Shown: piece after piece, positions 1-8,895 of the stretch | How positions within the stretch are numbered: position 1 is the first letter of the stretch | Layout of the letters: each line of letters starts with the position of its first letter | IMG/VR virus record: IMGVR_UViG_3300020194_001970 | DNA from: an uncultured virus (IMG/VR IMGVR_UViG_3300020194_001970) | Lineage: Duplodnaviria; Heunggongvirae; Uroviricota; Caudoviricetes | DNA length: 64,000 nt | Strand: one strand, 5' to 3' | Notes under the pieces: generated by a model | Database searches by the model: none | The model's input: the letters and a program-made list of their open reading frames with translations, nothing else | What the model was told of the DNA's origin: nothing | Position numbers and translations under genes: made by a program

Positions 1-432
1 CCAACAGATTACCAAGAAGGTAAATACTTGCGTTCCACAGCAAACGGTTTAGAGTATGTTGATATCACAGGTTTAGCTGAAGAAGTATCCGCAGAGATCG
101 ATTTTCCACAAGGAGTAACTGGATTTACTGGGTTACACGATACTCCAACAGATTACCAAGAAGGCAAATATTTACGTTCTACCGCAGACGGTTTAGAGTA
201 TGTTGATATCACAGGTTTAGCTGAAGAAGTATCCGCAGAGATCGATTTTCCACAAGGAGTAACTGGATTTACTGGGTTACATGACACACCAACAGATTAC
301 CAAGAAGGCAAATATTTACGTTCTACCGCAGACGGTTTAGAGTATGTTGATATCACAGGTTTAGCTGAAGAAGTATCCACAGAGATCGATTTTCCACAAG
401 GAGTAACTGGATTTACTGGGTTACATGATACA
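1..432 (+). repeat. 144-bp (48-aa) in-frame tandem repeat, 3 full copies visible
   Basis: Units start at 1, 145 and 289; a diverging fourth starts at 433. Unit PTDYQEGKYLRSTADGLEYVDITGLAEEVSAEIDFPQGVTGFTGLHDT. Confidence 0.95.
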
Positions 433-2283
433 CCAAAAGATTACCAAGGACACAGCGGAGATTATCTTGTAGTTAATGGCAACGAAAGCGGAATACATTT
501 CACAGGTATCGAAAAGATCGCCGCTGATCTAACAGATTATGGGTTTGGCGGTGGAGACTCAACCATACCGAGCTATACAGACCTACCAGATGTCACAGAA
601 AACGATGGTAAAATAGTAGCATCTGGATGCGATCTTTATCATTCATGCAATGGAACATGGAATAAAATCGGTGGCGAATCGATACCTGCACCAGATGAAG
701 CTCCAGGATGTGTAACGAATCTCGAAGAATACAACCAATACCAAGAGTACAAACAGCAAATATTTGCAGAATATCAAGAACAGGCATTTAGTAATGCATT
801 AAATGGCATCCCAGCTAATCCAATTAGAGATGTTTGCTTGTTTAAACAAATAAACAACACATCGAGTAGCGAAACAATAAATAGTAATTCAATATCCGCG
901 GGACATTATCACACCGTCTATTTAAAAAGCGATGGCACGGTGTGGGCGGTGGGAAGGAATACAAATGGTCAATTAGGAGACGGCACGACTACAGATCGTC
1001 TCAATCCCGTACAAGTAAAAAATGCTGATGGGAGTGAATTTGCTGGAGTGGTTGGCATATCCGCGGGAAGTAGTCACACCGTCTATTTGAAAAGCGATGG
1101 TACGGTGTGGGGGGCGGGAAATAATGGTAGTAGTCAATTAGGAGACGGCACGACTACAGATCGTCTCAATCCCGTACAAGTAAAAAATGCTGATGGAAGT
1201 GAATTTGGTGGAGTGGTCGGCATATCCGCAGGAAGAAATCACACCGTCTATTTGAAAAGCGATGGTACGGTGTGGGGGGCGGGAAATAATGGTAATAGTC
1301 AATTAGGAGACGGCACGACTACAGATCGTCTCAATCCCGTACAAGTAAAAAATGCTGATGGAAGTGAATTTGGTGGAGTGGTCAACATATTCGCGGGAAA
1401 TAGAAGTAATCACACCGTCTATTTGAAAAGTGATGGCACGGTGTGGGGGGTGGGAAGTAATTATTATGGTCTATTAGGAGACGGCACGACTACACCTCGT
1501 CGCAATCCCGTGCAAGCAAAGAATGCAGATGGTAGTGCATTCAGTGAAGTGGTCGGCATATCCGCGGCATTTAAACACACCGTCTATTTGAAAAGTGATG
1601 GCACGGTGTGGGCGTCGGGAAACAATAGTTATGGTCAATTAGGAGACGGCACGACTACAGATCGTCTCAATCCCGTACAAGTAAAAAATGCTGATGGAAG
1701 TGAACTGAGTGGAGTGGTCAACATATCCGCAGCAGAGTATCATACTGTATATTTAAAAAGCGATGGCACGGTGTGGGCGGTAGGGTATAATGGGTATGGT
1801 ACATTAGGAGACGGCACGACTACGAATCATTCCAATCCCGTACAAGCAACGAATGTCGATGGGAGTGAATTTGGTGGAGTGGTCGGCATATCCGCGGGAG
1901 ATCGTCACTCGGTATACTTGAAAAGTGATGGCTCAGTGTGGGGGACAGGAAGGAATGATTATGGCCAACTGGGAGACGGTACGACTCCGAATCGACATAA
2001 CCCTGTGCAACCAATTAATGCAGATGGTTCTATTTTTACTGGTGTAAATTCTGGCGGTGCAACATTAACATTATTAATCGAGCCTTCTGTTAAGATAATT
2101 GATTCAGGGTATTCTTGGGGAATCTTTGAGGATGATACTACCATCAACATCGAAGCTACAAATGGATCGTGTACATTTGTGGAATGGCGAAGCAGCAATT
2201 CTTCCTTACAAGACCCTTCGTCCAATACTACCTCAGCGACAATCAATGCAGATACATCAATAACTGGTGTATTTAATTGTTAA
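1..2283 (+). CDS. Putative fibre/receptor-binding protein with seven RCC1/BLIP-II-like repeats (5' truncated by window)
   Basis: Frame is open from base 1, so the track start at 28 is internal. 48-aa repeats, then a shared array module, seven ISAG..HTVYLKSDGTVW..G.N..GQLGDG repeats and a small C-terminal beta domain. Confidence 0.75.
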   Translation, partial: PTDYQEGKYLRSTANGLEYVDITGLAEEVSAEIDFPQGVTGFTGLHDTPTDYQEGKYLRSTADGLEYVDITGLAEEVSAEIDFPQGVTGFTGLHDTPTDYQEGKYLRSTADGLEYVDITGLAEEVSTEIDFPQGVTGFTGLHDTPKDYQGHSGDYLVVNGNESGIHFTGIEKIAADLTDYGFGGGDSTIPSYTDLPDVTENDGKIVASGCDLYHSCNGTWNKIGGESIPAPDEAPGCVTNLEEYNQYQEYKQQIFAEYQEQAFSNALNGIPANPIRDVCLFKQINNTSSSETINSNSISAGHYHTVYLKSDGTVWAVGRNTNGQLGDGTTTDRLNPVQVKNADGSEFAGVVGISAGSSHTVYLKSDGTVWGAGNNGSSQLGDGTTTDRLNPVQVKNADGSEFGGVVGISAGRNHTVYLKSDGTVWGAGNNGNSQLGDGTTTDRLNPVQVKNADGSEFGGVVNIFAGNRSNHTVYLKSDGTVWGVGSNYYGLLGDGTTTPRRNPVQAKNADGSAFSEVVGISAAFKHTVYLKSDGTVWASGNNSYGQLGDGTTTDRLNPVQVKNADGSELSGVVNISAAEYHTVYLKSDGTVWAVGYNGYGTLGDGTTTNHSNPVQATNVDGSEFGGVVGISAGDRHSVYLKSDGSVWGTGRNDYGQLGDGTTPNRHNPVQPINADGSIFTGVNSGGATLTLLIEPSVKIIDSGYSWGIFEDDTTINIEATNGSCTFVEWRSSNSSLQDPSSNTTSATINADTSITGVFNC
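892..2045 (+). repeat. Seven ~165-bp RCC1-type repeats
   Basis: Units start at 892, 1057, 1222, 1387, 1558, 1723 and 1888 with high nucleotide similarity. Confidence 0.9.
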
Positions 2284-2298
2284 GAAATATAATATCTC

Positions 2299-4770
2299 AT
2301 GTCTAGCCAAAATAATCAACAATGGATAAATTCTTTCCAAAAAATGGGGGAAGCCGTTTCTCAAAAACTCTATATAACTGGCTTAAACGACACCCCAACA
2401 GGCTACCTTGGACACAGCGGAGATTATCTTGTAGTTAATGACGGTGAAAGCGGCATACATTTTACAGGTATCGAAAAAATAGCTGCTGACCTAGTAGATT
2501 ATGGGTTTGGCGGTGGAGACTCAACCATACCGAGCTACACAGATCTTCCAGATGTTACGGAAAACGATGGTAAAATAGTAGCGTCTGGATGTGACCTATA
2601 TCACTCATGCAATGGAACATGGAATAAAATCGGTGGCGAATCGATACCTGCACCAGATGAAGCTCCAGGATGCGTAACAAATCTCGCAGAATACAATCAA
2701 TACCAAGAGTACAAAGATGCATTTTTAGCTAATCAGTTAGGCTCAACCGCCGAATCGATTTTAAACGACGGAATAAAAATTTCTGATTTAATTTTTGATG
2801 TTTGTTTATTCCCAGAATCAAGTCTGGAAGAAGAAAAAAACACGGTAATTATTGATGAAACCACATACAAGTGGGGAATGTTTGCGAGCCCGCAAACAAT
2901 AAATATTTCTGCTCAAGAATATTCCGATGGTCAAGGAAACGATTGTGTATTTAACGAATGGACAAGTAGCAATGCTACTTTTGGGGATCCTAGTAGTGCG
3001 AATACCACTGTTTTTGTGGATACCGATTTATCGATCACTGGAAGTTTTGAGTGTTTGATGGCTTCTAGTCAACCAAGTTGTGATCAAGTAGCTTTGCATT
3101 TACAGATAGATCAAGATTTAAGTGTATATAAAAAATCCATATCATCCGAAGATTTAAATATAAACAGCAATTTAGGCAATGGCGATATATCTATAGATGG
3201 CAACACAATGGCCATTGGAGCTCCCTACCATAATGAAGGAGCTGGAGGTTACGGAGCAGTTTTCTTGTTTGAAAAACAAGAAAGTGGACCTTGGTTACAA
3301 ACTGATATTATACTACCAAGCAGAGCTCAAAGTGACCAAGGTTTTGGTTATGGGGTAGAATTAAATGGAAACGAATTATATATTGGAGTTCCGTTTAGCT
3401 CTGTTAATGTTAACGTAGCAGGTAATGTTATACTGTATAAAAAACAAACAGATGGTTCTTGGTTGGAATTCGAATCAATCAAACAAGCATTTCCGACCTA
3501 TGGCGATCATTTTGGGTCTAGTATATCCATCGCCGGAAACACAATGGCGGTTGGCGCTTACGCTGATGATGAAGGTTCTGACAATGGTAGTAATGAAGGA
3601 GCTGTTTACATATTCGAGAGACAAACTGATGGTTCTTGGCTACAAACTCATAAAATTCTTGAATCGAGCACTAATACGACTTTATTTGGATTCCGTGTAT
3701 GTCTTGATGGAGAAAATTTATTGGCAGTAAGTTCGTATTATGCAAATAATACAAAGGGATCTGTGTGGTTACTAGAAAAACAAACCGATGGATCTTGGAG
3801 TATAACGGATGAAGTTTTTCCACCTAATCTTATAAATAATGGCAATTATGGAAACGGTTTATTTTTCAAAGGCGATCAATTGTTTGTTGGTCAAAACAAA
3901 AACTCAGAAGCGGGACCAACTAATGGTGTTGTATATCTATTCACAAAACAATCAGATGGCTCTTGGCTTGAAACAAGTAAAATATTCGATAATACAGCTA
4001 CTGCAGATGGAGAACGATTTGGAAGTTCAATAGAACTAGACGGAGATATATTATATGTTGGTTCTCCGTTAAGTGATGACGGCAAAGGCGTTGTTAAAAT
4101 AATAGATTTAAGTGGAGGTTCTGTTGTTTTGCCCGAACTAACTGATTTGAGTAGCAACAAACACGCTTTAACAAATACTGGTGTTGATATATTTGGTCAT
4201 GCTGATTTATTTAATGTGAGCGCAATGAATTTTGATGGAAATGGAGATGTTTTAAGTATCGGAGACACCAGTACATTCAAATTTCTACATGACGGCACAA
4301 CAGATTATACACTAGAGTGCTGGGTTCGCTCAGAAGTCCAACCAGGTTCTATAACTTGGTATTTAAACACATACAACACAAACGGCCAGGCTGGTATACG
4401 GCTAGAGCATTACGACACAAATGGTTATGTATATGCTATATCTACTGCAGATTTTAATTTTCATGCAATCATACATACAACAGCTATGTATGAAGTAAAT
4501 GAATGGGTGCACATTGCAGTTACATTTCAAGTTGGTATCGGTTTAAAAATGTATATCAACGGAACGCAAGCAACAACTTTCCTATCAAACCTAGATGGCA
4601 CTATACAACGACCCGCTAATAACAATCCACAAGGGGTAGAATTAACAGTTGCAAACAGTGCAGCACCTCAAGATTTTAAAGGTCAAATACAAGACATCCG
4701 CATCAGCAAACATGTAGTATACACGAGCAACTTCACCCCGCCAACAAATTTGCTCGACAACCCCTGTTAA
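2299..4770 (+). CDS. Putative fibre/receptor-binding protein: shared N-terminal module + FG-GAP-like beta-propeller + LamG/ConA-like domain
   Basis: Repeated FG.S....G..(M/L)A(I/V)GA....G.V..(F/Y)E(K/R)Q.DGSW blades; C-terminal DYTLECWV...WVHIAVT...MYING...IQDIRIS LamG signature. Confidence 0.7.
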   Translation: MSSQNNQQWINSFQKMGEAVSQKLYITGLNDTPTGYLGHSGDYLVVNDGESGIHFTGIEKIAADLVDYGFGGGDSTIPSYTDLPDVTENDGKIVASGCDLYHSCNGTWNKIGGESIPAPDEAPGCVTNLAEYNQYQEYKDAFLANQLGSTAESILNDGIKISDLIFDVCLFPESSLEEEKNTVIIDETTYKWGMFASPQTINISAQEYSDGQGNDCVFNEWTSSNATFGDPSSANTTVFVDTDLSITGSFECLMASSQPSCDQVALHLQIDQDLSVYKKSISSEDLNINSNLGNGDISIDGNTMAIGAPYHNEGAGGYGAVFLFEKQESGPWLQTDIILPSRAQSDQGFGYGVELNGNELYIGVPFSSVNVNVAGNVILYKKQTDGSWLEFESIKQAFPTYGDHFGSSISIAGNTMAVGAYADDEGSDNGSNEGAVYIFERQTDGSWLQTHKILESSTNTTLFGFRVCLDGENLLAVSSYYANNTKGSVWLLEKQTDGSWSITDEVFPPNLINNGNYGNGLFFKGDQLFVGQNKNSEAGPTNGVVYLFTKQSDGSWLETSKIFDNTATADGERFGSSIELDGDILYVGSPLSDDGKGVVKIIDLSGGSVVLPELTDLSSNKHALTNTGVDIFGHADLFNVSAMNFDGNGDVLSIGDTSTFKFLHDGTTDYTLECWVRSEVQPGSITWYLNTYNTNGQAGIRLEHYDTNGYVYAISTADFNFHAIIHTTAMYEVNEWVHIAVTFQVGIGLKMYINGTQATTFLSNLDGTIQRPANNNPQGVELTVANSAAPQDFKGQIQDIRISKHVVYTSNFTPPTNLLDNPC

Positions 4771-4771
4771 G

Positions 4772-4776
4772 GTGTA
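4772..4776 (+). promoter_or_regulatory. GTGTA motif (putative phage late promoter), 9 nt before ATG
   Basis: taagGTGTAataaatatcATG; the same motif and spacing recur before many genes. Confidence 0.6.
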
Positions 4777-4785
4777 ATAAATATC

Positions 4786-7323
4786 ATGTCGTCAGCCAAA
4801 CAAAGTTTGTCAGGAATCGAAGATTTACTTTTCGCAGTAAAAAATTATGTGCCAACAGGGCTTTTTCAATTAAAAGATACCCCAACAGGCTACCAAGGAC
4901 ACAGCGGAGATTATCTTGTAGTTAATGATGGAGAAACTCGTATTCATTTTACAGGCATCGAAAAAATAGCTACCGATCTTACGGATTATGGGTTTATAGG
5001 TGGAGATGGTGTTACTGGATTCACTGGACTATACGACACCCCAACAGGCTACCAAGGGCACAGTGGAGATTATCTTGTAGTTAATGATGGTGAAACTAGC
5101 ATACATTTTACAGGTATCGAAAAAATAGCTGCTGACCTAGTAGATTATGGATTTGGTGGAGGAAGTTCAACGATACCGAGCTATACAGACCTACCAGATG
5201 TCACAGAAAACGATGGCAAAATCGTATCATCTGGATGCAATCTTTATCATTCATGCAATGGAACATGGAATAAAATCGGTGGCGAATCGATACCTCCACC
5301 AGCGGAAGCTCCAGCATGTGTAACAAATCTCGCAGAATACAACCAATACCAAGAGTACAAAGATGCATTTTTAGCCGACAATTTAGGTAACACATTTGAT
5401 CAAATGTTAAATTCGAACAATGATATTAGCAATCTAATCTTTGATGTTTGTTTGTTTCCCGAATCAAGTCTGGAAGAAGAAAAAAACACGGTAATTATTG
5501 ATGAAACCACATACAAGTGGGGAATGTTTGCGAGCCCGCAAACAATAAATATTTCTGCTCAAGAATATTCTGATGGTCAAGGAAACGATTGTGTGTTTAG
5601 CGAGTGGACAAGTAGCAATGCAAATTTTGGAGATTCTAGTAGTGCGAATACCACTGTTTTTGTGGATACCGATTTATCGATCACTGGAAGTTTTGAGTGT
5701 TTGGTTGCTCCTAGTCAACCAAGTTGTGAAGATGTAGCTTTACATGTTCAACCAACTGCTGGAGAAACTATCACCGACAAGAGCAGTAACGAGCATGCGA
5801 TCACAATAGCCAATGATATTCAAGAAACATTCGTTGGACTATTGCCTTCCCCTCCTTCAAATTTCACTCTGTTTGGTCATTCAATAGATAGATCAGGAGA
5901 TACATTGGCAATTGGAGCAAGAGACAGTAATGCTGTTCATATATATGATATACTATCAGACGGTTCATATAGTTTCAATCAAACTATACTTGGGGGCAGC
6001 TATGGTCATGGGTGTGCTTTTTATAACAATGAATTATATTTAGCTGATTATAATAGTAAGATCGTTGCGTATGTTAAACAGGGTGACGGTACATGGGTAT
6101 ACAGCCGCGACATTGCTTTACCACCACCAGGTTATGAGAATGGGTTCGCAATAGACGTATCTATATCTGAAGATTGGATGGCGGTTGGCCAATTTATTTG
6201 TTGCAGTAAAGATAGAGAAAATGTACATATTTACAAAAAGCAATTAGATGGTTCTTGGGTGCATAGCAGTGTGATCGAAAGACCAAGTGACGCTATTGTT
6301 CATTCACGAGGAGACAGCAATTTCGGGACCAACATAGCTTTACATAAAGACACGTTAATGGTTGGTGCAACATATGATGGTGGTAGTCAACAAGGAAGAG
6401 TATACATCTACAATAGGCAATCAGATGATACATGGACAAGAATACAAATGTTACAGGGTGAGCAAGCAAATGGTTACTTTGGGGGTAGTATTGACTGTGA
6501 TGATGATTTATTAGTTATCAATGCTGGTAATGGTAATAACAATGGTTGTAATAATTGTGGTACCGGGAAAACTTACATATATAAAAAACAAAATGATGGT
6601 ATGTGGGTGTTAAGCTATGAATTTAATGGACAAGGTTACAATTGGGGGCGAGGTATAAATCTGACCGGATCTACATTATTAATTGGAAGAAATACATCTC
6701 ATGCGGTATATGAATACGAAATAAATACACAAACAGGAGCAACAGTAGATGACACAGCCACATTGTTTAGTGATCACACGATGAATTTTGATGGTGATGA
6801 TTATTTAACTATTGGAGACACTAGCACATTCAAATTTCTACATGACGGCACAACAGATTATACACTAGAGTGCTGGGTTCGCTCAGAAGTCCAACCAGGT
6901 CCTATAGTTGGGTATTTAAACACATACACCGCAAACAACCAGGCTGGTATAGTGCTAGAGCATTACAACACAAATGGTTATGTATATGCTATATCTACTG
7001 CAGATTTTAATTTTCATGCAATCATACATACAACAGCTATGTATGAAGTAAACGAATGGGTGCACATTGCAGTTACATATCAAGTTGGTATCGGTTTAAA
7101 AATGTACATAAACGGAACAGAAGCAACAACTTTCCTATTAAATCTAGATGGCACTATACAAAGACCCGCTAATAACAATCCACAAGGGGTGGAATTAACA
7201 GTTGCACACGGTGTAGTAACTCAAGATTTTAAAGGTCAAATTCAAGACATCCGCATCAGCAAACATGTAGTATACACAGGCAACTTCACCCCGCCAACAA
7301 ACTTGCTCAACAACCCCTGTTAA
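4786..7323 (+). CDS. Putative fibre/receptor-binding protein: shared module + FG-GAP-like propeller + LamG domain
   Basis: Paralog of 2299-4770; LamG block nearly identical in DNA, propeller divergent. Confidence 0.7.
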   Translation: MSSAKQSLSGIEDLLFAVKNYVPTGLFQLKDTPTGYQGHSGDYLVVNDGETRIHFTGIEKIATDLTDYGFIGGDGVTGFTGLYDTPTGYQGHSGDYLVVNDGETSIHFTGIEKIAADLVDYGFGGGSSTIPSYTDLPDVTENDGKIVSSGCNLYHSCNGTWNKIGGESIPPPAEAPACVTNLAEYNQYQEYKDAFLADNLGNTFDQMLNSNNDISNLIFDVCLFPESSLEEEKNTVIIDETTYKWGMFASPQTINISAQEYSDGQGNDCVFSEWTSSNANFGDSSSANTTVFVDTDLSITGSFECLVAPSQPSCEDVALHVQPTAGETITDKSSNEHAITIANDIQETFVGLLPSPPSNFTLFGHSIDRSGDTLAIGARDSNAVHIYDILSDGSYSFNQTILGGSYGHGCAFYNNELYLADYNSKIVAYVKQGDGTWVYSRDIALPPPGYENGFAIDVSISEDWMAVGQFICCSKDRENVHIYKKQLDGSWVHSSVIERPSDAIVHSRGDSNFGTNIALHKDTLMVGATYDGGSQQGRVYIYNRQSDDTWTRIQMLQGEQANGYFGGSIDCDDDLLVINAGNGNNNGCNNCGTGKTYIYKKQNDGMWVLSYEFNGQGYNWGRGINLTGSTLLIGRNTSHAVYEYEINTQTGATVDDTATLFSDHTMNFDGDDYLTIGDTSTFKFLHDGTTDYTLECWVRSEVQPGPIVGYLNTYTANNQAGIVLEHYNTNGYVYAISTADFNFHAIIHTTAMYEVNEWVHIAVTYQVGIGLKMYINGTEATTFLLNLDGTIQRPANNNPQGVELTVAHGVVTQDFKGQIQDIRISKHVVYTGNFTPPTNLLNNPC

Positions 7324-7324
7324 G

Positions 7325-7329
7325 GTGTA
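7325..7329 (+). promoter_or_regulatory. GTGTA motif, 9 nt before ATG
   Basis: taagGTGTAatacataatATG. Confidence 0.6.
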
Positions 7330-7338
7330 ATACATAAT

Positions 7339-8880
7339 ATGTCAGAATCAACACAAAAAATGTTATCAGCAATAGCTGAGATGGCTAGATCGGTACAAAC
7401 TTATGTACCAACAGGGCTTTTTCAATTAAAAGATACCCCAACAGGCTACCAAGGGCACAGTGGAGATTATCTTGTAGTTAATGATGGTGAAACTGGCGTA
7501 CATTTTACAGGCGTAGAAAAAATAGCTGCTGACCTTACAGATTATGGATTTGGAACGATACCGAGCTACACAGATCTTCCAGACGTCACAGAAAACGATG
7601 GTAAAATAGTAGCGTCTGGATGCGATCTTTATCATTCATGCAATGGAACATGGAATAAAATCGGTGGCGAATCGATACCTGCACCAGATGAAGCTCCAGG
7701 ATGCGTAACAAATCTCGCAGAATACAACCAATACCAAGAGTACAAAGATGCATTTTTAGCGGATAATGTTAAATCTTATTTTGAAGCGGGACTGAATCAA
7801 AGTTTAAGTAATCTAATCCTTGATGTTTGTTTGTTTTCTAAATCAAACCTAGAAGACGAAAGAAACACGGTAATTATTGATGAAACCACATACAAGTGGG
7901 GAATGTTTGCGAGCCCGCAAACAATAAATATTTCTGCTCAAGAATATTCTGATGATCAAGGAAACGATTGTGTGTTTAGCGAGTGGACAAGTAGCAATGC
8001 AACCTTTGGCGATCCTAGTAGTGCGAATACCACTGTTTTTGTGGATACCGATTTATCGATCACTGGAAGTTTTGAGTGTTTGGTTGCTCCTAGTCAACCA
8101 AGTTGTGATCAAGTAGTTTTACATCTTCAACCAGCTGCTGGAGAAACTATCACCGACAAGAGCAGTAACGAGCATGCGATCACTGTCGTTGGCGATACAG
8201 TTGTAGACGACACTACCATACTATTTGCTGGCGGTACAATGAATTTTGATGGAAATGAGGATTACCTCAGAATACAACCAGGAGAATATTTGAATTTTGA
8301 CAAAGACGGAGACTTTACTATTGAATGTTGGTTCAATTTGAGAGAATACGGGTACGGTGGTTATACAGCATTATTAGGAACCAGTCCAGTTAGCAACTGG
8401 CATTTTAATAGCGTTTACAATAATTCTTACACAACAACCAATCCAAGATACAATAGACTTGGTATAGAGGCGCATGAATCACTAGGAATGATTTTTATGG
8501 CATCTAGAATGTCCCGTAATGCTGATGATGGCGGAGATATATTTATACAAAGTAATGATAACATACAACTGAACACATGGTATCATGTAGCCGCAGTGTA
8601 TCATAAAGATCAACACACATTCAAACTGTATTTGAACGGTCAATTGGTCGGACAAGACAGCTGGTCGATCAACAGGCAACTTCAAATACATGATCATTAT
8701 TTTGATATTGGCGGAAGAAAACATTGGAGTGGTCATTCTGGGCAACCATGGAACAGCTCACCAGATGGAATATCTCTCAACACATTTGGATCTATCCAGG
8801 ATGTTCGCATCAGTAAAAAAGCGGTATACGCAAGCAACTTCACCCCACCAACAAATTTGCTCAATAACCCCCCTTGTTAA
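7339..8880 (+). CDS. Putative fibre/receptor-binding protein: shared module + LamG domain
   Basis: Same N-terminal modules as its neighbours; DFTIECWF...WYHVAAVY...LYLNGQ...IQDVRIS; no propeller insertion. Confidence 0.7.
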   Translation: MSESTQKMLSAIAEMARSVQTYVPTGLFQLKDTPTGYQGHSGDYLVVNDGETGVHFTGVEKIAADLTDYGFGTIPSYTDLPDVTENDGKIVASGCDLYHSCNGTWNKIGGESIPAPDEAPGCVTNLAEYNQYQEYKDAFLADNVKSYFEAGLNQSLSNLILDVCLFSKSNLEDERNTVIIDETTYKWGMFASPQTINISAQEYSDDQGNDCVFSEWTSSNATFGDPSSANTTVFVDTDLSITGSFECLVAPSQPSCDQVVLHLQPAAGETITDKSSNEHAITVVGDTVVDDTTILFAGGTMNFDGNEDYLRIQPGEYLNFDKDGDFTIECWFNLREYGYGGYTALLGTSPVSNWHFNSVYNNSYTTTNPRYNRLGIEAHESLGMIFMASRMSRNADDGGDIFIQSNDNIQLNTWYHVAAVYHKDQHTFKLYLNGQLVGQDSWSINRQLQIHDHYFDIGGRKHWSGHSGQPWNSSPDGISLNTFGSIQDVRISKKAVYASNFTPPTNLLNNPPC

Positions 8881-8895
8881 GGTATAATAAATATC

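Noticed and set aside
892..2045. Diversity-generating retroelement acting on the RCC1 repeats
   Set aside because: No reverse transcriptase or non-coding template repeat in the window, and several variants (AGA, GAG, AGG, ACA, GGG) are not explained by A-only changes of AAY. It cannot be excluded genome-wide.
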